DNA from: Amoebophrya sp. A120
Lineage: Eukaryota; Protista; Dinoflagellata
NCBI GenBank assembly: GCA_905178155.1
Contig: CAJINV010000003.1
Location: 11,396,733 to 11,460,732, forward strand
Length of the DNA stretch: 64,000 bases
Direction of reading: 5' to 3'
Shown here one piece after another: positions 25,499 to 39,800 of the stretch. Every line of letters starts with the position of its first letter. Within the stretch, counting starts at the first letter, position 1. The position numbers and the translations under genes are program-made. The notes under the pieces are model-generated. The model had not been told where the DNA came from. It did not search any database and saw only the letters and a list, made by a program, of their open reading frames with translations.

Positions 25499-28400
25499 TC
25501 AGTACGCAATGTTGCAGGTAGTTGGTACAAAAAACCCAAGCCCGGCAAGCCCTTTGGTCACATTGTTGCACACGCGTGGCAGCACGGTTTCAGCCTTTTC
25601 GAACAAAACCCACTCGCGGACATCGTGAATGGTTGGTCGCCACCAGGAGTCGCCGTAGTGAGGGATGCTGTAGTCTTCCTCCCTGTATCCCCACTCCGCC
25701 GCATCGCCATACAGGTTCGGACGAACCTGCCATGGTAGTTTGCGAAAACACTCAAATTCGTCTATTGGCCCCGTGTAGTCGCGCAGCACACTGGTCAGCG
25801 CCGGCGGGTCGTGGCGGCGTAATTGCTGCTCGCCCGCGGCGGCAGGCCCCCCTTGCTGATGTTCTTGTTGTTCCGCAACATTCTTATCGGTTATTTCCCG
25901 CGACGCGGCCTGCACTCGCAGTACCGCTGGCAAAACCCGAGCTCGGAGCACAAAGACGTTGTCACCACCCACGTTGCTCACTAAGTCGTAGCCCCTTCCT
26001 GCCAACATAGTGACCTGGTAGCTCAAGCTGCATACCGTCATCACCAAGTTGCTACCGTAAAAGTCCTGCAGCAACTTCCGTTCCAGGTCCTTCACGTAGT
26101 GCAGGGCGTGCCGAATCGGCGGGGGGATCAGGTTCGTCTGCAAGACGATTACCGTCGGTCTCCAGTCGCGCTTCTCGGCGGCACCGTATCTTTTCAAAAC
26201 TTTCCAGATGCTCTCGAACAGGTCACAGTCAAAACTGCCAATGTCAATCTTTAAAACGTCCAACTCGAATGACCGACGATGTGTTGTCGTACCTCTTCTA
26301 GCCCGGGGTATTTGGGGCGACGGCGGAGACGCGGCCGTTACAGCCGCTTTGTTCCCCTTCTCCTGCGAGGAGGTTTTATGATTTCCCGGCCCCAGCGCGC
26401 CCCCGCGGCGGTCCTCTGCTACCACAGAACTCGGACCTGAAAGACCTGCAGCAGCAAGAGCCGCTCCTTTATCAAAAAGAAAAATCCCCCCTCCCCATAT
26501 CGAAACGGCATAAAGAAGATTCCGAAAATTTGCATTGCTGATTTGAAACCACAAGTCGCGTCTGCCTTGCAAGAAGATAAGTGCAGAGGCTTCCGCGCCA
26601 TTATGGAAGCGATTTGGCACGCTGTTGGGCCGAGGGGACAGCCGTTTGTAATGCGAGAAGACAACTAGACCCAAACGCCACTACCTAGGCTGAGGATCTG
26701 GCTGCGATGCCTTAGCCTTACTGCAAGACAGCGCGCATTTGTGTACGGAGATCCAGCATCAGAAACTTCGTCTCGATATGGGGAGGGGGGATTTGTCCTT
26801 ACGATACTCTTCAGTCTTATCCGCCGCTTCCATTTCACGAGCCCATGGCGCCCTCTCCTCGACGTTCTCGTCGTCCTCGTCTGCGATGGCCCCGCTCGCG
26901 GGCGACGGGCGGTGCTTCGCTGTTCTGCTTCCTAGCACCGCATCGAAGGGGTCCTCGAAAAACGATTTTGCCGCAGGGGACAAAAACAACTCGTCTACCC
27001 GATCGGGCAGAATACCCAACGGGATCAGGGTGAGACAGGGATTGTGCCCAATATCCCGGCGAATCTGCTCGTGATACATTTCCATGGGCTCGAAGAGCAG
27101 TCCGCAGGTGTCGTCCACGTTTTTCCCTAGCGGGTCATCCATCACGTCGGCAATGCCAATGTTGCTCCATCGTACGGAAAAATACCCCCTCCCCATATCG
27201 AAAAGGTCGCACCGCTGCTTTGTTGTCACATATCATGTCGACTGTCTTGCAAAGGGTCAAGTCTAGAATGTCAGCCGCATTACGCGGGCGGTTTATTGTG
27301 ATGCTGGTAGACCTACAGGGCAGACTGACGTTTGGCATGCTAAGCGGCGACCTCAGAACCTCCCAAAGCTTTGTACCGGCCTGCATTCCCCAGCTGCAAC
27401 ACAGAGCTTACAAAAATCCTGCCTCACAGAGTTGGTTCCATTTTGATGTGGGGACGGGGAGGGGGATTTTTCATTTTGATATGATGGCCGAAATCACGGG
27501 GCGCGTCGTGGCCCTTGCGGTGGAAGATGTGGCAGAGGACATAACTGCAAGCAAGTGCAAACCCGCCAAGTCGCGCACCAGGTCACGCACCATGAACCCG
27601 TTCGTGAAATAGGAAGAGATACTCATGTTCTCGTCCGAGTGCACCCTGCGGGGGGGAAGTAGCCCGCACCACTTCGGCTCCTCGGTGCCGTGACGGTAGA
27701 GGGCTCGCTTCTGCTCGTACACGGGCAACCAAGCGGATATGGGCGGATACAAAAAATTGTCTTGGTTTTTGTGCTGGTGACCCTCGCGAGTCGTACTACC
27801 CGAGCCAAGTGTTGTAGTTCGTTGCTCAGCACCACCCCCGATAGTATCCTCGTCGCTGGGCTTTCCAACCGACGCACAGAAATTGGGCGCCCATTCCCGC
27901 TGCAGGCGCTGCAGCGTGCTCGGAAAGCCGCCGGCCGCCTCGTGCCAAATGAACTTTGGGTAGGGCATCTGGGTCCGAATACTCTCAAAAACCTGGGCGC
28001 ACGTCTCAAAGTTGAACAAGGAAAGGAGGTTCTCCTGCAATTCCTCTTCGGAGAAAACTTGTTGTTCACCCCCCTCCCCGAAGACAGCGAGATGCCGTTC
28101 CTCTATTGTCTGCAAAAAAGTCGCCCTCCCCACCCCAGATCAACAAGCTTTCCTCGTCGCGCATCACGAGTTTGGGCAGGTAGAAACAAGAAGCTGCGCC
28201 GTAAGCAAGTGCATCAGCATCGCAGTTCTAGCATCATTCGCTGATGCGAGCATCACAAATTCCAGCACACCACTAGAAAACGCTTTTCAACATCATGGAA
28301 CTCCTCCGCGTCATCATCTCGTAGTGGACACCATAACTCCAGCGCTACAGGCCAAGGATCCGGCGCATGGAATTGGAAAACGTTTTCTTTTGAGTATGCC

Positions 28401-29305
28401 GATTTGCATAACAACTCTGGGGCGGGAGCGTGCTTAGGCAGAATATCCTCGCCGCTCGCGTTAGAGACCGTGGGCGTCCGCCTGATCCCTTGCCGCGGAT
28501 GCCGTCGAACAGCAAACCCTTCCTGCGTGTTGCCTGCTTCAAAATACGCATTGCAAATATGTCCGAGTCTCGAAGGATGCAAATAACTTCTTGTAACGCT
28601 GATTCATTGTGAATTAAGCAAAAATTTTTATCTGATCCTGCGCAGTCACCAAACGATGCGCGCTTTTTGTCTCCTGACGCCGGGGGTATTTTTTCTCATG
28701 CAGACTGGGCATCGGAAAGCGAAAGCCTTCGCAGAATTTGTCATGCTGTGCGTGCATTGATTCAGATGGAAAAACTGCGTGACGACCTTCTGCTTTCTTC
28801 CAGATGACCCAGACATTGACATATTCGCAATTGATACGAAAATCACGCGGACGACTAGCTCCTGCCCCTGCACGTTCAAAACGAGGGGGCGCTCGTCCCG
28901 CAGATTTCGCAGGTCCAGTGGAATCACCGGCAAGGCTGCGACAGATATTATGCTGCTGGCACGATCGTAGGGAGCGCTCGTAGCAGTTGTCGAAAGAACC
29001 GGTTGCGCTTTCTCCTCCCCCTTCCACGGCCATTGTTCCCCTCCTGCACCGTAGTTCTTCTCTGCCACCCGGTTGTATTGATCAACAACCAGTCTCACTT
29101 GCATGTACGGCCACCTGATCATCGAACGTCCGGCAAGCCCAAGCAACAGGAACCTTTTCAACTGCTTCGAAGGAGAAGACCACCCAGCGCCGCCGCGTCC
29201 AGCCCGGATATGTGTGTCTTTGCACAGTTCGGGCCGCATTTGTGAGAAGTACATTCGTCTGCTTTGCGCACTTTTTCTTATCGATCCTCCCTCGTTGTTC
29301 AGCAT
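25499..29305 (-). CDS. FkbM-like (Methyltransf_21-type) methyltransferase, at least 5 exons, 5' end uncertain
   Basis: LDVLKIDIGSFDC...RPTVIVLQTN...CSLSYQVTMLAGRGYDLV...DNVFV motifs; four TIR elements each removable in frame. Confidence 0.65.
26470..26806. mobile_element. Introner-like element, family A (337 bp)
   Basis: TIR TATC...AAATCCCCCCTCCCCATATCGA; flanks TCCTT/CTCTT; removing 342 bp is in frame. Confidence 0.85.
27168..27481. mobile_element. Introner-like element, family A (314 bp)
   Basis: CATCGTACGGAAAAATACCCCCTCCCC / TATCAAAATGAAAAATCCCCCTCCCC; flanks TGCTC/TGATG; removal gives VISAINIGIADV. Confidence 0.8.
28104..28445. mobile_element. Introner-like element, family C (342 bp)
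   Basis: Perfect TSD TCCTC; interior similar to 52468-52822; removal gives NASGEERHLAVF. Confidence 0.85.
28545..28836. mobile_element. Introner-like element, family D (292 bp)
   Basis: TACGCATTGCAAATATGTC / TATCAATTGCGAATATGTC; flanks CAAAA/CGAAA; removing 297 bp is in frame. Confidence 0.8.
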
Positions 29306-31503
29306 CCTGGTCGTCCTCGGCTCTCTGTGCGTCGTGGTCGTGGTCGTCTATTGCATACTTATTTATTGCTCAGAGCGCCGGCGGAGATCCGGCGCTGAAG
29401 AAGATGCCCCTGCAGGAGCAGCAGCTACAGTCACAGCATCCATTCGCGCTGTGCGCGAGACTCCAACTCAAAATGAGGAGTGTATTTGAAGCAGCACTGG
29501 AACTTTTCGCTTGAGAAATCTTTTTGCTAAGAAGTGAATAAAACTTCATCAACATTGTGTATCTTCGGTATGATGATCGGCCCGATATTCTATCTTCCGT
29601 GCGACACCAAAGTCGGCGCACTTTCTTATGCCTACCTATGCCAAAACGAAAAAATCGATGGCGTGCTCGCTTGCTTCTTTAGGCAAGCGAGTGACTCCTG
29701 TTGTGCGCGCTATTTGAGTCCTCACCTCAGAGTAAGTGGCAGGCAAGATGTGCAAAAATGATTTCGACTACAAATCTGCGACAAGAAAAATCGCGACAGC
29801 AGCCCCCTCCGACGCAGGCTCTACAGTTTGCGTGGCGACTTGTATTTCGTGTGATCTCAGGAAAAATGCATCATGCATCATGAAGTTGCAAATAAACAAG
29901 CATGATACTAAAAAACTACAGAGTTCTCCTCCTTTAATATTGATCTTTTCCTTTCATTACATACCCTTGCCCTCGCGCATCGCAAGGAGATGGAAAAGTG
30001 CCCCCGGGTCTACAGAAGTTCCAAATGTTTCTGTTGCGGAGTTTCCACATCAAAACTTTTTATCGACTCAAGCTCAACTAAGACGCTTTTTCCATAAAAA
30101 CTCAGGCGTGGCGCCAGAGTAATCAAAACTTAGGCGTGGCGCGAGAGTGAGTGTGAGAGTCAGGCTATGACCTCAATACATATAATCACATGATCCACCT
30201 GGGCCTTGATGTTCCTGGCATAAGCAACATGAGGATTTCCAGTGGGAACCTTTGAAACGCAAAGATTTGTTTCAAACCAGGGGCACTTTCTCTACGCGTA
30301 CTTCATTACACGCTTCTTGCTACTTCATCCGGAAAGGGTCGGCGTCGGCTTCATTGACGTTTGACAAAATCAAACAAAATGAAATATGTGCCGCGAAAGA
30401 ATAGATCAGATGTCGACCTGCATCCGCATTAGGAAGTCGGGTTCCCAGAGCCCACGAGTAAAAATGAAAATAATAGATCTTCATCCTTTCGAGCCGAAAA
30501 GGAACGTCCAGAGCCAGACATCCGCGACAATAACAAGGGAAGAACAACACACCCGCAGCGACGCCAGAAAACAAAGGTGGAATTGGAAAATGCTATTTTT
30601 ACACATAAGGCAATTTCGCAATCTGTATTCATGTCTAGTAAACATTTCACAGATACAGTACAGGACGACTGCACGGATTTTCCTCTTTTTATCTTATTTT
30701 TCCGGATCGCTCACTTAGTATTACCGGTGAGTAATCTATTCCATCACTATTCCATTTCTTTCGTACTAAGAAGCTCCACCAGGTTGTGTTTTATCCACAA
30801 TGGAAATAAACAATAACGAAGATTGAAAGCGGTTCAGCTGTTCTCGACCTCGAGGTTATCAATATATTAGTCTTACATCTCCATGACAACATAAATATGG
30901 CCTTCTATTACATACGACCCGATTCTCGTATGGAAAAAATATGAAAATCAAAATGAGGCCACTTCTCGTTGATGATCTCTCAAAGAATAAAAACGAGTGC
31001 ATTTTCAATGATGATGTACAGGTCCGAGCACTATTCCAAAGACAAGTCTAGGCGATCAGCAAAAACATTTGTCAGGAGTTGACGCTGACACGAAAGCTAC
31101 TCTTCAGTATTCAAGTTCAAGACCGAGATGCTAAGTGTTTTGCAAACATCCTGGTTGAATACGCCCCCACCCCCGCACCGTCTCTGTCATGCAGATTTGC
31201 TTTTGCATGGTCTGCTGCAAGAGTATTTGATTCTATTGTGCATCCGTAGTGTGTGAGACGCATTTCTAGTCTTCTACTATCTTGTGGTATTTAAGCTGTA
31301 ACAGGATAGATGTAAGCCGACGGCTTTGTGATTCACGGCTGTTCTTGCTATTCTGCACTACATTACAGAGACAAACTTCTCATGCGTAAATATCCAAGAG
31401 CGGGCGAACGAGGAGAGTGTAAGATATAGAAAAGAGCGACTAACTTGACTATGTTAGGGTAGGGACGTTTCTGACCAGGATACTACTAGCAAAGCGAAAA
31501 GCG

Positions 31504-34500
31504 TCAGCCGCCAATGCCAAACTCGAAGAAGTTTGGCGGGACGGCCCAGCGATAGAGCTGCTGCTGGGGCATCTGGTTCGTCGGCCACGGAGTAGGAAGA
31601 CGGGGCGCTGGCGTCGCCGCAGGAGGTTCCGCTTGTTCCGGTCCGGCGCGTAACCCCGGAAAGTTTGCCGCGTTGTTGCTGTCTCCCTGCACCATGACCC
31701 TGAGCTGTTCCCGGCCCACGTCAGTAAGGGCCTCGGTTGTATAGCAGTGTCAGGGTTTGACTTTGACAAAGTTGAAATAAATTATCCAATGCATAAACTG
31801 GAACTGCGAGGACGCAAAAAAAGGGACTATTGCAGCGGGAGCGGATTTGAGCTCTGCTAAAAGAAATAAACTTGGGGTGCTGGTGAAAAACATGACAGAA
31901 GGAAACTAACTCCTTTGCCCCAAACAGCGTCAGCCCAGATCTGCAGCTTCAGGTGTCAACAGTTCCCAGTCGGCGCATGAAAAAATTCCTGACTTCCTGT
32001 CCGTCGACTTTAGGCGTTGCAAATCATTCCAACCCTGTCGATTCCGACGAGCCTTACGCTGCCATACTCGTCGGGCAAAGAATCGTAAGTGGGCACGCGC
32101 ATACGGCCCTCCTGGAGTTCGGAACTGCTCGCCTGCAGCAAATGACCTTCGGTGGAAGGGTATATAATAATCTTGGTGTCACCAAAAGTCGTCTCCTGTT
32201 GATCTCTTTGTACTAGTTGAGGTTTGAGACACCAGTGCAGTACTCCTACTGTACAGTACTCCATTCTTTAAAAATCAATGTAGACATTTGTAAGTCGTTT
32301 CACCAAAAATCTACCTTCCTGCTCACCCGAGTGGCTGCTGTTCGAACTGGAGCTCCGCGCTGAAAAGGCACCCGTGGGAGAGGAGCCCCGCTCCTGGTTT
32401 CCAAACGAAGATCCGGCACTGCCATAACGGCCACTGCGCGTAGCCCCCGCGCCGCCCAGCCGAAGATGCAGATACAGCCCGAGCCCGGCTGGAAAAATGC
32501 TACTGGTGCTACTTGTGCCGCCCATTCCTTCCTGCTGACGCGGCGCGAATTGCGCCTCCCCTTGTCCGTCTCCCTCACGCGGGGGATCCTGGTCTGGCAG
32601 TGGAATGGCTCGTCCGGGCATGGACCAAAAAGAGGCAAGGCCAGCTGGTCCACCGCCCGGAGGAGCTACACCAGCCATGAAGGGTTCTTTGCGATCCAAC
32701 TGGTTCCTCTTCGTTTCATCTTGCCCAGCACTGCACCGCGTGTCCGTTTCCCAGTCGCTCTGATCCGACAAGTCCGTCAAGTGCCCGTTCCAGGAGGAGC
32801 CCGAGGGGCTCGTAGACCCCCGTCGATCTGATTCTATTCTGTAGAAAAACTAAGTTCCCACCCCACCAGAGCTGTCATGCCACTGGAGCAGGTTAAAGTT
32901 TGCATGCCTAAAATTCTTCTCATGCGCAGCCACAACATGAAAGGCGGCTTGTCGTGCTGTTTATTTGGGATTATTTGTCATGCTATCACCAGGATAAAAA
33001 GGTAATATCGAGCAGTTCTTGTGCGGCTGCGCGACTATCTAACCTCTGAAGACAGAAAACTGTCATGCGTGACTTCCAAAACTTCAGGCTCCTTTCTGTT
33101 GCGAAGTTTCCATTTACACTTTGAATCTGGGGTCGCGCTCGCGGTCGTGGGGACGTTCTTACACATGAAATATGTTGTTCCCCTTTTCCCTCCCGCCGCC
33201 GCTCCCGTCCTCGCAGCCCCTGGGATAGCAGGGCGGAATGCTGACGGTCCTGATCCGGAGTCCGAGACGTCTGATGCAGTTTTTGCAACCCGTCTTCCAC
33301 TTCCATCTCGCCACCGCAAGATGAAACCATGCGGGCGCTCCTGGTAGTTGTGCTTCTTCGCTGCGCCGGGAAGGTAGGACTCAACTCGCGCGCCCCGTGC
33401 TGTTGCCCGTCCCTTGCGGCCGGGTCCATCACGGCACCCCGCGAATGTCCACCAACGGTGGCGGACGCCTGAAGCGGAATCCACACGGAGTTCCGGCCGA
33501 GAAAAATGCCGCCCTCGCCGTCCCCGGCCATATCACTGTCGGCAGGAGCTCGCGGGGGCCCCGTGTTGATATCATTATCACTCAGGGCAGAAATCGAAAG
33601 CTGGTCCAAGCTAGCAGCGATCGATTCCTGGACGTCATTTTCGGCTGCGTCTGTGGTTCTCTGCCAGGGTGAGTACAATGCCTCGCCCGCGAAAAGCGCA
33701 TCGGCTACGCCCGGAGCCTCGACGATCGGCTGGTTCCTGATCGCAGTGCGCTGCAACACCGCCAGCAAGGACTCGCCCTGCTCCCGCCGGTGATGTTGCC
33801 GGATGGGAGGATGCATTGGCGTCGACGAAGCGAGAAACTCCTGTTGTCGAGCAGAGGGACCGGAGAGCTGCACATGATAAGGGCCTCCTCTGCTCAGCAG
33901 CCGGATTGCGGTTTCGCGGGACAGGTCGAGGGACAAAGTAGACGCGGGCGTCACGGAGTTATCTTCCGGATTTGCGGACACCAGACCAACGTCTTCAGGA
34001 CGAGGACCATCGGAGTAGACGGTGGGCGGAGCAATGACTCCTTGCGACTCCACCGCCGACACGTTGTCCCCTGGCTGCCCGGACCACATGTTGTCTCGTG
34101 TCTGCTCGTCCGGGTCCGGCGACATCGGGGTGTCGTCAGTTCCTTCGGGTGCAGTGGACGCCAAGTCCCCGACCGAGAACTTGCTTGTCGATTCTCGTTG
34201 CGGGCAGGCGGGGTTCGCGGTCGTTCCAGCAGGACTCAGGAAGCCCCCGCTCGAAGAGGCCGCTCCGCTCTGACCCGGACCTCCGACACAGGCAGCAGAT
34301 GACCCAGATCCAGATGGAGATGACCCAGCCTCGTTCTCCTCGCCCGGCCGCGTGGTATTACACCAAAAAGAACCAGCCTCGCCCGGTGTGGTCTGGCGAG
34401 ACCAAGCAACCGAGCCCGGAAGCATAGTGCTGCAAGAACTGCTTGCGACCGAGGCCTGCTTCTCCCATGGTATGAAAACGTCCACGTCGTCCATGTCTGC

Positions 34501-34833
34501 CGATAAATCTTCCTCTCCCTCCGTCCGCATACCCGCGAAGGCTTTTGCGTCTCCTGACATGGTGCCCGTTCGTGCTGCATCTTCATCTTCCATGTCACTT
34601 GTCGAAGATGGACGCCCGGCGTTCGATTTTTTCCCCCCGATAGTACTGGTTCCGTTTTTTTCCCTGGCACGTTTCACAGCGTGCTGTCCCTGCCCGCCCG
34701 CAGCAGCGGCGTACACGACTGCGCTTTCAGTCGCGGCCGGCACGGCAAATAATCGGGAAAACGCGAGGTCGAGACCGGTGGCGATGAAAATAAAGTAATA
34801 CATGATCGCCGTGGCAGCTGTTATAGTGCCCAT
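31504..34833 (-). CDS. Hypothetical low-complexity protein with N-terminal hydrophobic segment, 4 exons
   Basis: ORFs 32986-34833, 32268-32780, 32010-32264 and 31504-31719 join in frame via element 32835-33172, GT-AG intron 32213-32314 and element 31740-32066. Confidence 0.7.
31740..32066. mobile_element. Introner-like element, family B-like (327 bp)
   Basis: TATAGCAGTGTCAGG / TATGGCAGCGTAAGG TIR; TSD decayed; removing 332 bp is in frame. Confidence 0.7.
32835..33172. mobile_element. Introner-like element, family C (338 bp)
   Basis: TATTCTGTAG...CCCACCCCACCAGAG / TATTTCATGTGTAAGAACGTCCCCAC; removing 343 bp is in frame. Confidence 0.7.
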
Positions 34834-36873
34834 ACATCTTACAAGCTCAACTGCTACTACTGAAACAAAGAATTGTCACGGTCATGGATCAGTTGCATAC
34901 TTAATCTGCCCAATCCCTTTCCCGTTCCCGACCACGACAGAAATGCGCATTACAAGTTCTGGAACGCCCCCGAAATAAACCGCCTTATTCTGCGAAAACG
35001 AAAAACTCTCTAGGTTTCTGTTTCTCATGTCATCATAGAGATACAAGACAGGCTCCAGGAGCCTCCATAGTAGCTATTGAGGTTGCAACAAGTGAGTGGG
35101 CCGTAGCAGCAGTTCTCGCACGCAGCCCGTGCACACGAAGTGACACGTCCATCCTCCAGCTCCGGCGATCTTCCTTCGTCGGGAAAATAAAAGCCCGCAC
35201 CGGGGGGCCGGCGCGAGATCTGTGAGCGTCGGGCGAACACATTCGGCTACCAGATGCAGGTCAGCGTCAGGGTCAGCCACTCACTCGGCGCGTAATAAAG
35301 TAAGAAAAAAAACTGCTGCAAGTCAATAGCGTTATGATAACAATAAAAAGTAATTGTAAAATACTTTGCGATTAGTCGTTTCGGTCTCTTAAATCCTATG
35401 AGCCGATTCTGCGGCTGCGTAGGTGTCTGTCAAAACCACGGACACCAATATGAAAGTTGACCGACTGAAGAAAGATCACGATAGGATGAAAGGCAGAGTT
35501 TGAAATTCTGATATTAATTTATTTCGATATTGATGAAACAACCAGGAGATTGGTGGAAAGTTTTTCCCTATTTTTCTGCTTCTACCTCGTTCAAAGATCA
35601 AGTGAAAATGAAGTACTGTGATAGCGCAAGTAGAGCGAAGGCACTATAGATTTGTCAAATGCGGGTACGTACGACAATCACTGTAGTAACAGAGACAAAC
35701 TACAGCACAAACTTTACCTCTGGTTCGAGCTCGAGAGCGGCAAGGAAGAAGTCCTTTTATTCTCTATAGTGGAAAATTAGAATAACAATAAGTTATTCTC
35801 CCTCTTTTTCTAAAATTCTCAGTGCAACACAGTCGTTCTGTTTCTGTTTCTCTCTACAACTCCAAAAGTTGACCAAAAGGAATCGCTGGAATGTCATCCA
35901 CATTTTCATTTCATACATTGACGCAGCAAACATTGAGCGGTAAGTTGTAAGTGCTGAACTGCAAAAAAAAAACCGGGTAAGATGGAAGTGAGTGCTCAGC
36001 CAAGCTGCATCGATCGGCTCCCGATATTTGTAATGAACCAAACATGGAGGTCGCGAGGTTACCAGTGAAACTACGCCACGGATCTTCCAGTTGGGCGACA
36101 TCCTCCTCCTGATGCAGTGCCGCGTTTACGACTGACATAGACATGTACATCCGATGGCTCAATAGACATCATTCGAATAGAGTAGTATTTCATTTAGCCT
36201 CCTGATAAATATTTTTAATCAGATTGCGCCGCAGAAAAAAAAAGCCTCTAGTAGTGGGTGCATTATTTTCGTGCGTCTTGATGTATTCTTTGCCGGCACG
36301 CACTATCGCAAGCAACGAGAAAAATGGGATCCGATTTCGTTGCCGTAAAGAACAACGCAAACATGTCGTGGGGATTAGATTTATTTTGTTGCTGTGCGGA
36401 AAGAGGAGTTGTACCCAATTTTAGATCTTCATCTTGCCCGGGCTCGCCCTATCTAAAAATGCACTTGCTGAAGCGAAGTTCTTTCCACGTCAAGAAAATT
36501 TTGCCGAACATAAAACCGGTAAAGCTTACAAGAATTTCCGAACTAGTGTTGCAAAAATCCCTAGCTGCTCCAGAACTCCCGCAAAATAAAGTCTGCTTTT
36601 GTATACTGCTTGGCATACCTTGCCAACGCTGCTGGGCCGAGCGTCAATTGAAAAAGAATCTTGCAGATCAGGCCAGACTGTATGTAAGTACTCTGACATC
36701 GCGATGAGGCTTGGTCGTTTATCAGCGCACGTGCGTTCTTCGATTAAAATCAATGCGCGTGCGCGGTTGCACGTTCGTACTTCACTTCTTCACATGATCC
36801 TTGCAAGGCTAGAATAGAAGCGCGCAACTGGAAATGCTGTCATCAAGGAGCAGTATCTATTCCCTGTCCTTAC

Positions 36874-39800
36874 TCAAAGAACGACACCAACGCTAGCATT
36901 TCGCTGCTCTACCGCTAGGGAAGTGACGTTCGTGGTGGGGTCTAAATATTTTTCGCGTCTCGACCAAGCCCACCAGGTGTCGCTCCCTAGCTGCATCAAG
37001 GAATCCAAATACAAAACGCCGTGCTCGTAATCGAAAATCTCGCGCGCCACTGCAGCGCTCCGATTCGCGATTTGCTGCACAGTCGCCTCGTTCCGCTGCG
37101 CATACAGCACGGCTTGCACGAAGTGCTTCAAGTCGGTCTTTATGTAGTGTCGATCGTTCTGTAGCAGGGGATCGTACCAACATTCGACGTCATCGTAGTC
37201 ATCAACCTTCGCAGTAGATGAGTCCTCCCCGAGTCCTCGTGCAGGAGCAGCTGCACGATCATGATTGCGAAGGTCGTGGTCTTGAAGATCCTCTACAGGA
37301 TGTTGAACCTGTGGTCTTCCGCCCAGTGATGCCGCCGACGCTAGCCGGTGTGGGCTTTCAAAATTTTCCAGCCCAACGTCTTCTCGTCCGAAGGCATTTG
37401 TTGGCAAGAGCTGCAAATCTGAGACGAGACGCAGCTCGAGAGACTCGGACCATTTTACCCACATTTCCCGTGTGTCGCACCCTACATTCCGCCCCGTGAG
37501 CTGATACTTGTACTGGATATGGTTGAACACAGGCTGCCACGTGATCCACAGGTGCGGCTCTTCTTCCAGGAGCGTGCGATTCATGGTGCGCGCTTTTGCC
37601 TCAATCAGATCCGGCCGGGTTTGTCCAAGCTCGAGAAACACTTCATGAGCGAGAGAGTGTTTTATTTGGGACGAGGGGCTCTCGCTCTGCACTTCTAGAG
37701 GACCTCCAGGCTTAAAAATCGCGGCTCGATCACTTGTTGTTCTCGTAGACGACCAGTCGTGCTGCTGGTCGTGGTTCCCAGAAGTCCTAGATGAAGTATA
37801 ACCACGATGGCCATTGCTCTGTTCTACTACTTGTTCATTGTCGTTCACTAAAAATTTCCCCACCGTTGAGGCCCATGAAAGAGACTTCCTCCTGGATTCC
37901 AATCGTGCTACAGCCGCGCGTGAGTCCTCGTCTAGTAGGTCCTGTCGTGGAGGAGCCAAGCTTGTGTTCGGTGAAGGATCTTCGGCGGACACTTCTACAA
38001 CCGTCGAAACAACAGCTGGCGCGGAGGTGTGTTTTATTTTTTCGTCGGTGCTGTTGACTTCTTGGTTTGTAGTACCCCCGACGCCGCCGTCCTCCCTGGT
38101 CGTAGTACAACCGAAAAGCCACAGGTCTCTGGCGGAAGCTGACGAGAAAAGTCCGCCAGCGCTCCTGCCGCCAGTTGGAGTTGCGTGGTTCTTGTGCACG
38201 TCATCTTCTATAATTTCGGCAGTGCCAGTCCTGCGATTCTTCGAGTGTTTTTCATTTTCTCCCAGCAGCGCATCACAGAAATTTGCAAAAGCTTCAGTTG
38301 CTGGCGCACTTCCGTGGTGTAGAAACACTTCTTGTTGTTCTTGCGAAGATTTACTAGTCTGCAGCTCCTCCTCCTCCGGCGTCCTTCTTGTTGCAGCTCT
38401 AGTACCGCCACGTACAAAAACGCCGTTTCTGTGATTTTCTTGGTCCCGGTCCAAAGGCGTTGATGTGTCCTCGCCCAGCACATCTACTCGCGGCACGCCA
38501 AGCGCCGTCGGGCGCTCCGCGGGCACGTCGACGTCCCGCCCTCTAGCAGAATCACGCACGCCGCTCCTTCGCCTACGGTGGAGCTGCGAACGTGGATGTG
38601 CGCGCGTCGAGACGCGAAAAGCTTTCGAGCGGCGCGAAGACCAAGGAAAAGCAGCACGCCCGCGCTCGGCTTCGTGCTTGTTGAAGGGCGCCTGAAAGCT
38701 AAGCATGGTCCAGTGCGGCCCGAGCATCGGCCTCGAAAACGGCACGGCAGCCCCCCTGGACGATGTGCCTACTTGTTTGCCACTTCCACTTGTCGCGTTC
38801 TTCTTCTTCCCCCCCTGCTGGCGCATTTCGTCCTGGCCTAGCTTCGTAAAGGAACGCGAGAGCCCAATGACCTGCAAATGAGGAGCCTGGGGGGCGTTGC
38901 GAGTGCGATCGCGCCGGTCCTCCGGGCTGACGTAGGAGCGGAAGGACGCGCCGTCTGGTTTCGGTGGCTCCATGCAGTCGAGCTGCAGCATCACAAGCTG
39001 CGGCGTCCTCCGCGCAGGAGGGGTACGAGTTCCTCTAGGAGGTGTCGTAGAAGTCCTTCTTCTCCTGCTCCTCCTAGTCTTGGCACCGGTCACTTCTCCA
39101 TGCTGGGGACCAGGCGCATGCGACGACGGCGTTGTTGTACTAGTAGTACCTCCCGTGGTAGATGTTGGACCAAGATCAACATCCTGTTCCTCCGGTGAAC
39201 CGTCCAATGCGGCCCGAGTGGGAAGCTGCACAAAAATGCTGCGTACCATCTCCTGCAAGCGGTGTTTCAGCTTCCGGAAGAACAGAACTGCGTGCAGTGC
39301 CACATCGTAGTAGAAACATTGCGCCGGAAAATAATTGGTCGAGGTGCGGTTCACCAATTCAAAATTGGCTTCGTCGATCCACCACTCGCAAAGGTGCGAG
39401 ATCGGCTCAAACACGCGCGACGTTTGATTCTGCACTTTATATTGCACCAAGCTTGTGCCCGGAACCGGTTCCGGAGGCCCCTCAGCAATGATTTCATCCA
39501 CGTTTCTCCTGCGGTCATTTTCCAGACGTGCGGTGCGAGGAGCTTCTCCTGTCGGTGACACCCTTTGCAGATGAGATTCCGGTGCAGCTTGCTCCGTTCC
39601 ACTTTCCTCAGCCACGAGGGTGCTGCTGGTGCTGGACCCTGCTTTTCCAGCTCCGACGGAAACATCAACCTCAACACGACCGGCAGTAGAGCGACGGCGT
39701 TCCATTGTAGTGATGATTTCTGGGAACGGCGTGCCCGTGGTGGATGATGTGGTTGTGGTACTTGTAGTCATACTTACCGGGTCCAGCAGTGTGTTCAACG

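Noticed and set aside
30097-30148. Short direct duplication AAAACT(C/T)AGGCGTGGCGC(C/G)AGAGT
   Set aside because: Two copies only; an ordinary local duplication.
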